Of a stretch of DNA of 64,000 bases, positions 10,039-17,772 are shown piece by piece. Each line of letters opens with the position of its first letter. The stretch's first letter is position 1. The stretch is from Chlorobiota bacterium. Its GTDB lineage: Bacteria; Bacteroidota; Ignavibacteria; Kapaibacteriales; UBA2268. The notes beneath the pieces were generated by a model that was not told the DNA's origin, ran no database searches, and worked only from the letters and a program-made list of their open reading frames with translations. The translations under genes and the position numbers were made by a program. The stretch spans positions 257,550-321,549 of the forward strand of contig JBKAGT010000005.1 of NCBI GenBank assembly GCA_046290495.1. Reading direction: 5' to 3'.

Positions 10039-11436
10039 ATGAATTTAGATAAACTCTTCAGTATTATTGATAAGGAGTTAAACAAAGATTATACAAAATC
10101 AGAAGTATTAAACTACAAAGATCCTGATGACTTGACAGAAATTTTAAATTTAGAAATAAATAGAAATGGTTCTGAGTCTGAGTTTTACAAATCGATTGAT
10201 AATTATTTAGTAGGTTCAGTTGATACTTCTCACCCATTATTTAGCAACCAATTGTGGGCTGGAAGAAATCAACCAGGCTTAATTGCTGAATTTATTACAT
10301 CGCTTAGAAATACTTCAGTATATACTTATGAAACAGCACCAGCTGCTACTCTGATTGAAAAATATATGATTAAGGTTCTAACTAAGCAGATGGGGTTTGA
10401 AAATGGAGATGGGACATTTTTGACAGGAAGTAGTAATGCAAATCTAGTTTCTTTACTCGTAGCACGAAATACTATATTTCCTGAGATTAAAAATAAGGGT
10501 CTAAGTGGTTTACCTGAGTTATGTTTTTTTGTATCAGAACATGCACATTATTCATTTGAAAAAGCTGCCAATGTATTAGGTTTTGGTGAACAAAATGTAA
10601 TTAAGGTCAAAGCTGATGAAAACCATAGGATAATCCCAAAGGATTTAGAAAACAAAATTAATTCAGCAATCGATGAAGGTAAAAAACCTTTCTATGTTTG
10701 TGGAACTGCTGGCACAACTGAAGTAGGTGCGTTTGACCCCCTAATAGAAATGCAAGACATAGCTAATAAATACAATTTATGGTTTCATACTGATGCTGCT
10801 TGGGGTGGTGCACTAGCATTTAGCGATAAACATAAAGATTTACTAAATGGAATCGGAAAATCAGATTCTATATCATGGGATGCGCATAAGCTAATGGGAA
10901 TCCCTCTTATTTGCTCGGTAATTCTATTGAAAGATAATAATCAATTGCTTAAATCTGTTCATGAAAATACATCTGATTATCTTTTTCACGATCATGAACA
11001 TGATGATTTGGATCTAGGTAAGAAATCTATTCAATGTGGTAGAAGAGTTGATTCTTTAAAACTATGGCTATCATTTAAATATTATGGTTTTGAAGGGTAT
11101 GAAAACAGAATAAATAAAATGTATAGTCTTTCACAATATATGACAAATAGAATTAAAGAGAATGAAAATTTCGAATTATTAGCTCCTACTAGCTTTTGCA
11201 ATATAAACTTTAGGTTTAATCCAAGGAATTTAGAGGAAGAAAGCTTAAACAGCCTTAATTTGAAAGCTAGAGACAACATTTATAAAAGTGGTAAAGCGCT
11301 ATTCAATTATGTTTATTTGAGTGAAATCATGTCAATTAGGTATATTATTGCAAATGCCGATATAGATGAAAATACTATTGATGAGGTTTTAGGATTGTTC
11401 GAAAATGAATGCATACAACTATTAAATAATCACTAA
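10039..11436 (+). CDS. PLP-dependent group II amino-acid decarboxylase (glutamate/aspartate/cysteine-sulfinate decarboxylase family)
   Basis: Fold-type-I decarboxylase pattern with the lysine in SWDAHKLMGIPL and motifs HTDAAWGG and GTAGTTEVGAFDP. The annotated ORF start at 9841 overlaps tRNA-Asp, so I moved the start to the in-frame ATG at 10039 (MNLDKLFSII...). Confidence 0.75.
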   Translation: MNLDKLFSIIDKELNKDYTKSEVLNYKDPDDLTEILNLEINRNGSESEFYKSIDNYLVGSVDTSHPLFSNQLWAGRNQPGLIAEFITSLRNTSVYTYETAPAATLIEKYMIKVLTKQMGFENGDGTFLTGSSNANLVSLLVARNTIFPEIKNKGLSGLPELCFFVSEHAHYSFEKAANVLGFGEQNVIKVKADENHRIIPKDLENKINSAIDEGKKPFYVCGTAGTTEVGAFDPLIEMQDIANKYNLWFHTDAAWGGALAFSDKHKDLLNGIGKSDSISWDAHKLMGIPLICSVILLKDNNQLLKSVHENTSDYLFHDHEHDDLDLGKKSIQCGRRVDSLKLWLSFKYYGFEGYENRINKMYSLSQYMTNRIKENENFELLAPTSFCNINFRFNPRNLEEESLNSLNLKARDNIYKSGKALFNYVYLSEIMSIRYIIANADIDENTIDEVLGLFENECIQLLNNH

Positions 11437-11460
11437 TTATTAAATAGACTCATATTAAAA

Positions 11461-11493
11461 GAAAAAAGGGATTTCGAATGAAATCCCTTTTTA
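11461..11493. terminator. Bidirectional rho-independent terminator between convergent genes
   Basis: AAGGGATTT-cgaatg-AAATCCCTT flanked by an A-run on the 5' side and a T-run on the 3' side. Confidence 0.65.
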
Positions 11494-11513
11494 TTTAAAT
11501 ATTTACTAATATC

Positions 11514-13601
11514 TTACTTTATAACAACCATCTTTTTAGTAAAAGTATGTCCATCAACAGTTAGCTGATAGTAGTAAGTTCCAGAATTAAATTCACTTAT
11601 GTTTACGTTTCTGAAAGCACTGTTAGTAAATTCATTGTTAATAACAGTTTTTACTCTATTACCAACACCATTATAAATATTTAAAGACACCATTGCAGCT
11701 TTTTCTAATGTAAAACCTATTTCAACAATATCTCTGTTTACAACAGGGTTAGGATATACATCTTTTAACTCAACATTGAAACTTAACTCATTATCAAGAT
11801 TTACAGAAGATTTAGCATCTTGTGGATTTCTTGCATCAAACTGTTTAGGTCTCATATACGGTGGTATTGCCCACATTAACTCGTTTATAGGCTCAGGAAC
11901 ACCAAATAATGGACTAGTTTCATTAATATTCTTATTCGCATCATAAGTTAGTATAAATGCTTCATCAACTGAATTAATATATTCTGGAACATGGAAGAAA
12001 TACTCTCCATGTTTGTCGTTTGTCATATTTTTTGTCTCTTCCCATGTGTCTGTTTCAATATTGTACACTTTACAAAATATATCAAATACTTGTAAAGAAT
12101 CAATTGGAGAAAAAACTTTTTCTTCTTCACCAGTTAATTGGTTTGTTGTTGTTCTGTAGACATTATATGGTTCAAAACTTTGAAATTTGCCCGGCACACC
12201 GTCAATCCAATAAACTACTAAGTGTGATCCATCTACTGTTTTAGAAACTTGAACATTATTTCCTAAACTTAAAGAGTAAGATGATGCTGGGTGCAATTCC
12301 AAATCGTATTTTTCATTGTTCGGATCATTAGCTGATTGAGTTGATTCATCTTCAGAGAATAACGGTGGACCAAAAGTTTCTAATTCTTCTATTTCAGAAA
12401 TAGACCAATTGCCGTCTTTATATCTTACGTCAACAATAAAATATCTAGCTGGTAAGTTATTATCATCTTGATTAAATATATATAACCTAGTGATATATGA
12501 GAAATCATTATCACCTCTGATTATTAAATCACTACATCCCTGATATGCTGTACTAGCAGGTGAACTAAAACTTGGGTAATTTCCATAATTCGAAGCAAAA
12601 TCAGTAATTGCTGTTCTTGGGATTTGTTCAAAAGAAGTCCAGTTTTCTCCATTATCAGTTGACTTAGATACAGCTACATATCTATTGTCCTCATCTGTAG
12701 CGAATATATTACTTACAACAGAGTAAATAGTTCCATCTGGCCCTTTTTTTACATTCATAGGTGCATTGTAAGAAGAAGTTTTTGTATCAACTTGCCTAAA
12801 GTGTTTTGTCCACCATTCCTCTGGGTTATTACTTATATTAGTTTGTGTTTCGAAATCAAAACTCCAGAAACCATAGTAACCATATTGACTTGCATCACTT
12901 GTGGGTGATAAAGTACCAACACCAATAACTTGATCATCATCAGGTAGAGATGAAAGCTGTAACCTATTCCAGTTCTGTGGGTCATTAGCGTTACCACCTA
13001 GGTCAGGAGCATCTGATTCAGTCGAAAAAACTCCGCCGAAGTCCGGTGAATAGAATACGAATACACCTTGATCTTGGTCATATACCATACCTGCCCCGTT
13101 ATCTTTGTATAGTACTGGAGCATAGTATACAAACTCAACGTCTTCAACATTTTCAGATTTTGAGGAGTTAGTTGTTGCTACAGATGGTTGCATAGGTGCT
13201 ATAACACCGTTAACATCTTCATAAACAAAAACACTATCCCAAGTTACACCACCATCAGTTGAATTTAAATTATACATAAGCGTTCCTTGAAATACACCTT
13301 CTGTATCAAAGTTGAATGTATTCATGGCTATAGTGAACATATTAGTAGCAGGGTCATAACAAATAGGTGTTAATCCAGTTCTGAAATGTCTCAACTGCAC
13401 ATTTGTCATATAAGCAAGTGAATCACCAGCAAATTGTTGAGTTGAACTATATTTGTTCTTTCCGAATTTTTTATAATCAATATAATGATCATTTATCTGT
13501 AATTCGTATTCAGTAAAATCCTTCTTTACATTTTCTATATCTTTTGCTTTGACCCCCACAGTCAATGTTATAGCAAAAAGAAAAAGGAAGACATTCTTCA
13601 T
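11514..13601 (-). CDS. Secreted BNR-repeat (sialidase-like fold) protein with a T9SS C-terminal sorting domain, paralog 1
   Basis: Signal peptide. Two S-x-D-x-G-x-T/W-W-like BNR motifs (NSTDGGVTWD, KSTDNGENWT). T9SS-CTD tail (...NSGTYYYQLTVDGHTFTKKMVVIK). Roughly 55-65% identical to the next gene. Confidence 0.6.
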   Translation of the reverse strand: MKNVFLFLFAITLTVGVKAKDIENVKKDFTEYELQINDHYIDYKKFGKNKYSSTQQFAGDSLAYMTNVQLRHFRTGLTPICYDPATNMFTIAMNTFNFDTEGVFQGTLMYNLNSTDGGVTWDSVFVYEDVNGVIAPMQPSVATTNSSKSENVEDVEFVYYAPVLYKDNGAGMVYDQDQGVFVFYSPDFGGVFSTESDAPDLGGNANDPQNWNRLQLSSLPDDDQVIGVGTLSPTSDASQYGYYGFWSFDFETQTNISNNPEEWWTKHFRQVDTKTSSYNAPMNVKKGPDGTIYSVVSNIFATDEDNRYVAVSKSTDNGENWTSFEQIPRTAITDFASNYGNYPSFSSPASTAYQGCSDLIIRGDNDFSYITRLYIFNQDDNNLPARYFIVDVRYKDGNWSISEIEELETFGPPLFSEDESTQSANDPNNEKYDLELHPASSYSLSLGNNVQVSKTVDGSHLVVYWIDGVPGKFQSFEPYNVYRTTTNQLTGEEEKVFSPIDSLQVFDIFCKVYNIETDTWEETKNMTNDKHGEYFFHVPEYINSVDEAFILTYDANKNINETSPLFGVPEPINELMWAIPPYMRPKQFDARNPQDAKSSVNLDNELSFNVELKDVYPNPVVNRDIVEIGFTLEKAAMVSLNIYNGVGNRVKTVINNEFTNSAFRNVNISEFNSGTYYYQLTVDGHTFTKKMVVIK

Positions 13602-13778
13602 TTTAAGCCTCTTTTAATTTAAAAATAAATTATTTCAATGATTAACTAATGCTAAAAATACATTTATTAGCAATATTTTACAAATTATTTTTAATATCAA
13701 ATAACAGAATCTAAAAAATGTGCATAAAAAAAGGGATATATTTCTATACCCCTTTGAATCTAATGTATTTAAAATAAG

Positions 13779-15851
13779 TTATTTAATAACAACTAACTTT
13801 TTAGTAAATCTGTGTCCATCAACAGTTAGTTGATAGAAGTAAGTACCAGAATTTAAGTCACTAACATTCACATTCATAACAGATGACTGTAAGAAACGAT
13901 TATTAATAACATTCAATACTTTGTTACCTACACCATCATAAACATCTAATGAAACCTGAGCATATTGTTCTAAATCAAATCCGATTTCAACAATATCACT
14001 ATTTACAACTGGGTTAGGATATGCATCTTTTAAAGTCACATCAAAATTTAATGTGTTTTCAACATTACCTACAGGTCCAGCTGGGTTTTCTGCATCAAAA
14101 GTAGCTTGCTTCATATATGGAGGTAATCCCCACATAAGTTCATTGATTGGTTCTGGCACACCAAATAATGGGTGTTGGTTGTTTGTTACTTTTACAACAT
14201 CATAAGTTAAAATTTGAGCTTCATCAACTGATTTTATAATGTCTGGAACATGGAAGAAAAAGTCATTATGATCATCTTGAGTCATATTTTTAGTTTCTGC
14301 CCATTCATCAGAATCTACGTTATAAACTTTACAGAATATATCAAAAACTTGTAATGAATCAATTGGTTCGAAAACTTCTTCTTCTTCACCAGTCAATTGA
14401 TTAGTTATTGTTCTGTAGATATTGTAAGGTTCAAACTTTTTAAAATTACCTGGATCACCATCAATCCAGTAAAGAACTAATTTACTACCATCAGCAGTTT
14501 TAGACATTTTAAGATTATTACCAAATAAATAAGACTGTGCATTCTGAATTTCTAAATCATACTCTTCACCATTAGGATCATTATCACCTTGCGTAGAAGC
14601 ATGCTCATCAAATACAGGAGGCCCGTAAGTTTCTAATTCATCAACCACATCAATCGACCAGCTACCATTGTTATGTCTCATATCAACAATGAAATATCTT
14701 AAAGGTAATTCATCATCATCTGGATTGAAAATTAATAATCTTGTAAAGAATGAGAAATCATTTTCTCCCCTAACAAAAAGTTGGCTTGGTTGATAAGCTG
14801 TAGAAGCTGGTGTACTAAAACTAGTATATCCACTATATTCGGCAACAAAGTCAGTTAATACAGTTCTTGGCATTTTTTCAAAATCAGTCCAATTTTCGCC
14901 ATTATCTGATGATTTAGAAAATGCTAACAATCTTGTATCTTCATCATCAGCAAATATATTGTTTACAACACCATATAAATTTCCATTTAGGTCTTTGCCT
15001 ACCTGAATAGGACCATTGAATGAAGTAGTTTTACTGTCAACTTGTCTAAAGTGTTTTGTCCACCACTCTTCAGGATTATTACTTACGTTAGATTGAGTAG
15101 TAAAATCAAATCCCCAATATCCATAATATCCATATTGACTTGCGTCACTAGTTGGTGAAAGAGTACCAGAACCATAAACTAAATCATCACCTGGTTCAGA
15201 TTTTAATCTCAATCTATTCCATTCTTGAGGATCATTAGCATTACCACCTAAATCTGGTGCAGTAACTGTTGAAGGGAAAATACCTCCAAAATCTGGTGAA
15301 TAATAAACAGCAACTCCACCACCTGCGTCTTGAACTAATCCACCACCATTGTTTCTGTAATTAACTGTACCATAAAATACATAATTAACATCTTCTCTGT
15401 TAGCAGATTTCGCAGAATTTGTTAAAGCTAATGAAGGGTACATTGGAGCAACTTCATCAGCCGGATCTCTATAAACAAATGAGCTATCCCATGAGCCACC
15501 ATTGTTAGTAGTATTCAAAGTGAATAAATTTGTACCAGTTAGGCCTCCAGTTGTTGGACTAAAATCAAAATAGATCATTGCCACTGATAATAGGTTTGTA
15601 GCTGGGTCGTAACTTACTGGATTAGTACCAGTTGCGTAGTGTACTAGGTGATTATTTCCTATATAGTATAAAGAATCTCCTCTATACTGTTGAATTCTAG
15701 AATTCTTTCCTCCAACTTGCTCCAAATCAATTCGTTGGTGCTCTTTGTGAAGAGGGATATCAGTATTTTGAGATACCCTTTCATAAAATTCCTCTGCAGA
15801 CAGAACTCCTGTAAATGCAAAGGCAAGTAAAATAGTTAATAATTTTTTCAT
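13779..15851 (-). CDS. Secreted BNR-repeat protein with a T9SS C-terminal sorting domain, paralog 2
   Basis: Collinear with the 695-aa paralog. Shared blocks include DLGGNANDPQ(E/N)WNRL and SPTSDASQYGYYG(Y/F)W(G/S)FDF(T/E)TQ(S/T)N(V/I)SNNPEEWWTKHFRQVD. T9SS-CTD tail NSGTYFYQLTVDGHRFTKKLVVIK. Confidence 0.6.
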   Translation of the reverse strand: MKKLLTILLAFAFTGVLSAEEFYERVSQNTDIPLHKEHQRIDLEQVGGKNSRIQQYRGDSLYYIGNNHLVHYATGTNPVSYDPATNLLSVAMIYFDFSPTTGGLTGTNLFTLNTTNNGGSWDSSFVYRDPADEVAPMYPSLALTNSAKSANREDVNYVFYGTVNYRNNGGGLVQDAGGGVAVYYSPDFGGIFPSTVTAPDLGGNANDPQEWNRLRLKSEPGDDLVYGSGTLSPTSDASQYGYYGYWGFDFTTQSNVSNNPEEWWTKHFRQVDSKTTSFNGPIQVGKDLNGNLYGVVNNIFADDEDTRLLAFSKSSDNGENWTDFEKMPRTVLTDFVAEYSGYTSFSTPASTAYQPSQLFVRGENDFSFFTRLLIFNPDDDELPLRYFIVDMRHNNGSWSIDVVDELETYGPPVFDEHASTQGDNDPNGEEYDLEIQNAQSYLFGNNLKMSKTADGSKLVLYWIDGDPGNFKKFEPYNIYRTITNQLTGEEEEVFEPIDSLQVFDIFCKVYNVDSDEWAETKNMTQDDHNDFFFHVPDIIKSVDEAQILTYDVVKVTNNQHPLFGVPEPINELMWGLPPYMKQATFDAENPAGPVGNVENTLNFDVTLKDAYPNPVVNSDIVEIGFDLEQYAQVSLDVYDGVGNKVLNVINNRFLQSSVMNVNVSDLNSGTYFYQLTVDGHRFTKKLVVIK

Positions 15852-16023
15852 TATTAAGCCTCGTTTATTAAACTAAAAAATTAATTATTTCTTAACATTC
15901 TTCAAAGATAAGTGCATTACTAAATATTACAAAATTTATTTTTACACCGTATTCTATTATTAAAGACACATTGATAAATAGAATAGTTACATATTACACG
16001 ATAATTAGTTAATTTTCGTTTTT

Positions 16024-16031
16024 TAGATTTG
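16024..16031 (+). promoter_or_regulatory. Candidate Bacteroidetes-type -7 promoter element (TAnnTTTG) upstream of the mrp-like gene
   Basis: TAGATTTG sits about 30 nt upstream of the TTG start at 16061. This is a motif match only. Confidence 0.25.
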
Positions 16032-16060
16032 AAATAATAATAAAAATATAGAGTTGTAAA

Positions 16061-17146
16061 TTGATTAAAAGTGATGAATTAAGAAGTATAATCGAGAATG
16101 TAAATGATCCAGATTTAGGTATATCTATTGGGCAACTTAATGCTATAGATAGGATTAGTATAGAAAATGATAGAGTAGAAATTAAATTAAAACTTATCCA
16201 ACCAATTTATTGGACTGTAGAGTCTATAAATAATGAATTAATCAAAGAATTAAGAAAAGTATCCCCTAATACAAAGTTTGAAATTCTAATTACTGAAGAA
16301 GAATTTGATACTAGTGAAAGAGAAGTACTACCAAACGTTAAAAACTTAATTGCTGTATCGTCTGGTAAAGGTGGTGTTGGTAAATCTTCTATTGCTTCTA
16401 ACATCGCATCTGCTTTATCAAAGAAAGGTGCCAGAGTTGGTATCCTAGATGCAGATATATATGGGCCAAGTCAACCAACAATGTTTGGGTTGAAAAATGC
16501 TCAAATGGAATCTGTAAAAATGCCTGATGGTAAAGTTATGGCTAGACCAACCACAAAATATGGCATTCAAATCGCCTCTATGGGCTTTCTGATGCAACAA
16601 AATGATGCTGCAATAGTAAGGGGTCCTATGTTAGCTGGATACTTCTCGATGTTATTTGAACAGATCGTATGGGGAAATTTAGATTTTCTTATTTTTGATT
16701 TACCTCCTGGTACTGGTGACATTCAACTAACACTTACTCAAAAAATACCATTAACAGGTGCTGTTACTATAACAACACCTCAAGAGATTGCTCTTGCAGA
16801 TGTCAGAAGAAGTATTGCAATGTTTAGAAAAGTAAATGTAGAAAATATTGGTATAATTGAAAATATGAGTTGGTTCTCTCCTCCTGGATCAGATGAAAAG
16901 TATTACATATTTGGTAAAGATGGTGGAAAAATAATTAGCGAAGAAACTAACGTTGAGTTATTAGGTCAAGTACCATTGAGCCAACAAATGAGAGAAGGAA
17001 ATGATGGTGGAATGCCAGAAGTATTGAGAGATGAAAATTCTGAACAATCGAAAGAGATTATAAAGATTACAGATAATATTGTTTCTAAAGTTAGAAAAAT
17101 TAATTTTGAAAAAACTAGTACACCAGAAGTAGAGATTAATATTTAA
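16061..17146 (+). CDS. Mrp/NBP35-family Fe-S cluster carrier ATPase (ApbC) with an N-terminal DUF59/MIP18 domain
   Basis: Deviant Walker A SSGKGGVGKSS and a ParA/MinD-like fold. The N-terminal ~90 aa resembles DUF59. A TTG start is assumed. Confidence 0.8.
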   Translation: MIKSDELRSIIENVNDPDLGISIGQLNAIDRISIENDRVEIKLKLIQPIYWTVESINNELIKELRKVSPNTKFEILITEEEFDTSEREVLPNVKNLIAVSSGKGGVGKSSIASNIASALSKKGARVGILDADIYGPSQPTMFGLKNAQMESVKMPDGKVMARPTTKYGIQIASMGFLMQQNDAAIVRGPMLAGYFSMLFEQIVWGNLDFLIFDLPPGTGDIQLTLTQKIPLTGAVTITTPQEIALADVRRSIAMFRKVNVENIGIIENMSWFSPPGSDEKYYIFGKDGGKIISEETNVELLGQVPLSQQMREGNDGGMPEVLRDENSEQSKEIIKITDNIVSKVRKINFEKTSTPEVEINI

Positions 17147-17382
17147 TGCAAAATGTTTCTAATAAGATAGAATCAGTTGTCAATGAAATAAATAAAATAC
17201 TTCAAAAAGATGGTGCTTTTATTGAATTTGTACGATTTGAAGTAGAAAATAGAACCGCTGTTTTCAAATTATTAGGAACATTAGAGCATGATCCTATGGC
17301 AATGAATACTCTTCGCGGTGGGGTTGAAAAAATTATATTGAATAAAATCAACGAAGTACGAAGAATTGAACGAGAAATTTAA
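17146..17382 (+). CDS. Small Nfu/NifU-C-terminal-like domain protein that lacks the conserved cysteines
   Basis: 78 aa. The pattern KDGAFIEFVRFEVENRTAVFKLLGTLEHDPMAMNTLRGGVEKIIL parallels an Nfu domain (DGGD..LV........V.L.GAC.GCPSS..TLK.GIE), but no Cys is present. The start overlaps the mrp stop. Confidence 0.45.
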   Translation: MQNVSNKIESVVNEINKILQKDGAFIEFVRFEVENRTAVFKLLGTLEHDPMAMNTLRGGVEKIILNKINEVRRIEREI

Positions 17383-17433
17383 ATTTTTGTTTGCAGATTA
17401 AAAAAAATGTCTTAGTTTTGTACTCATTAATCG

Positions 17434-17508
17434 GGGCGATTAGCTCAGTTGGTTTAGAGCATCTGCCTTACAAGCAGAGGGTCGGGAGTTCGAGTCTCTC
17501 ATCGCCCA
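17434..17508 (+). tRNA. tRNA-Val (TAC)
   Basis: GGGCGAT/TAGCTCAGTTGGTTTAGAGC/TCTGC-CTTACAA-GCAGA/GGGTC/GGGAG-TTCGAGT-CTCTC/ATCGCCC+A. Confidence 0.8.
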
Positions 17509-17570
17509 CACAATTAAATTTCCGATATTAAGCAAAAGCGTAAAAAGTTTTTGCTTTTTTTTTCTGAAAA

Positions 17571-17654
17571 GCAGGAGTGGCGGAATTGGTAGACGCGCTG
17601 GATTCAAAATCCAGTGGTGGCAACATCGTGGGGGTTCAAGTCCCCCCTCCTGTA
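17571..17654 (+). tRNA. tRNA-Leu (CAA), long variable arm
   Basis: GCAGGAG/TGGCGGAATTGGTAGACGC/GCTGGA-TTCAAAA-TCCAG with anticodon CAA. Variable arm TGGTGGCAACATCGT. T-arm GGGGG-TTCAAGT-CCCCC. Acceptor CTCCTGT+A. Confidence 0.8.
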
Positions 17655-17664
17655 CAAAACACCA

Positions 17665-17699
17665 AGAGTAGTTAGTTTTCTAACTACTCTTTTTTTTTT
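17665..17699 (+). terminator. Rho-independent terminator after tRNA-Leu
   Basis: An 11-bp stem AGAGTAGTTAG-tttt-CTAACTACTCT followed by T9. Confidence 0.75.
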
Positions 17700-17772
17700 A
17701 ATAGTCAGAATTCTAATATTAATTAAATAGTGTTATATTTTGAGTTCTGTATCAACATAACTAAGAAAAAGT

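Larger units (their letters stand above)
11514..15851 (-). repeat. Tandem gene duplication: two ~2.1-kb paralogous ORFs separated by 177 bp
   Basis: The DNA near both 3' ends is visibly alignable (ttataacaaccatctttttagtaaaagtatgtccatcaacagttagctgatagtagtaagttccagaatt vs ttaataacaactaactttttagtaaatctgtgtccatcaacagttagttgatagaagtaagtaccagaattt). Confidence 0.6.

Noticed and set aside
17146-17382. Possibility that the 78-aa ORF is a canonical Nfu Fe-S scaffold
   Set aside because: It has no cysteine at all, so it cannot ligate a cluster in the canonical way. I kept it only as a degenerate Nfu-like candidate.
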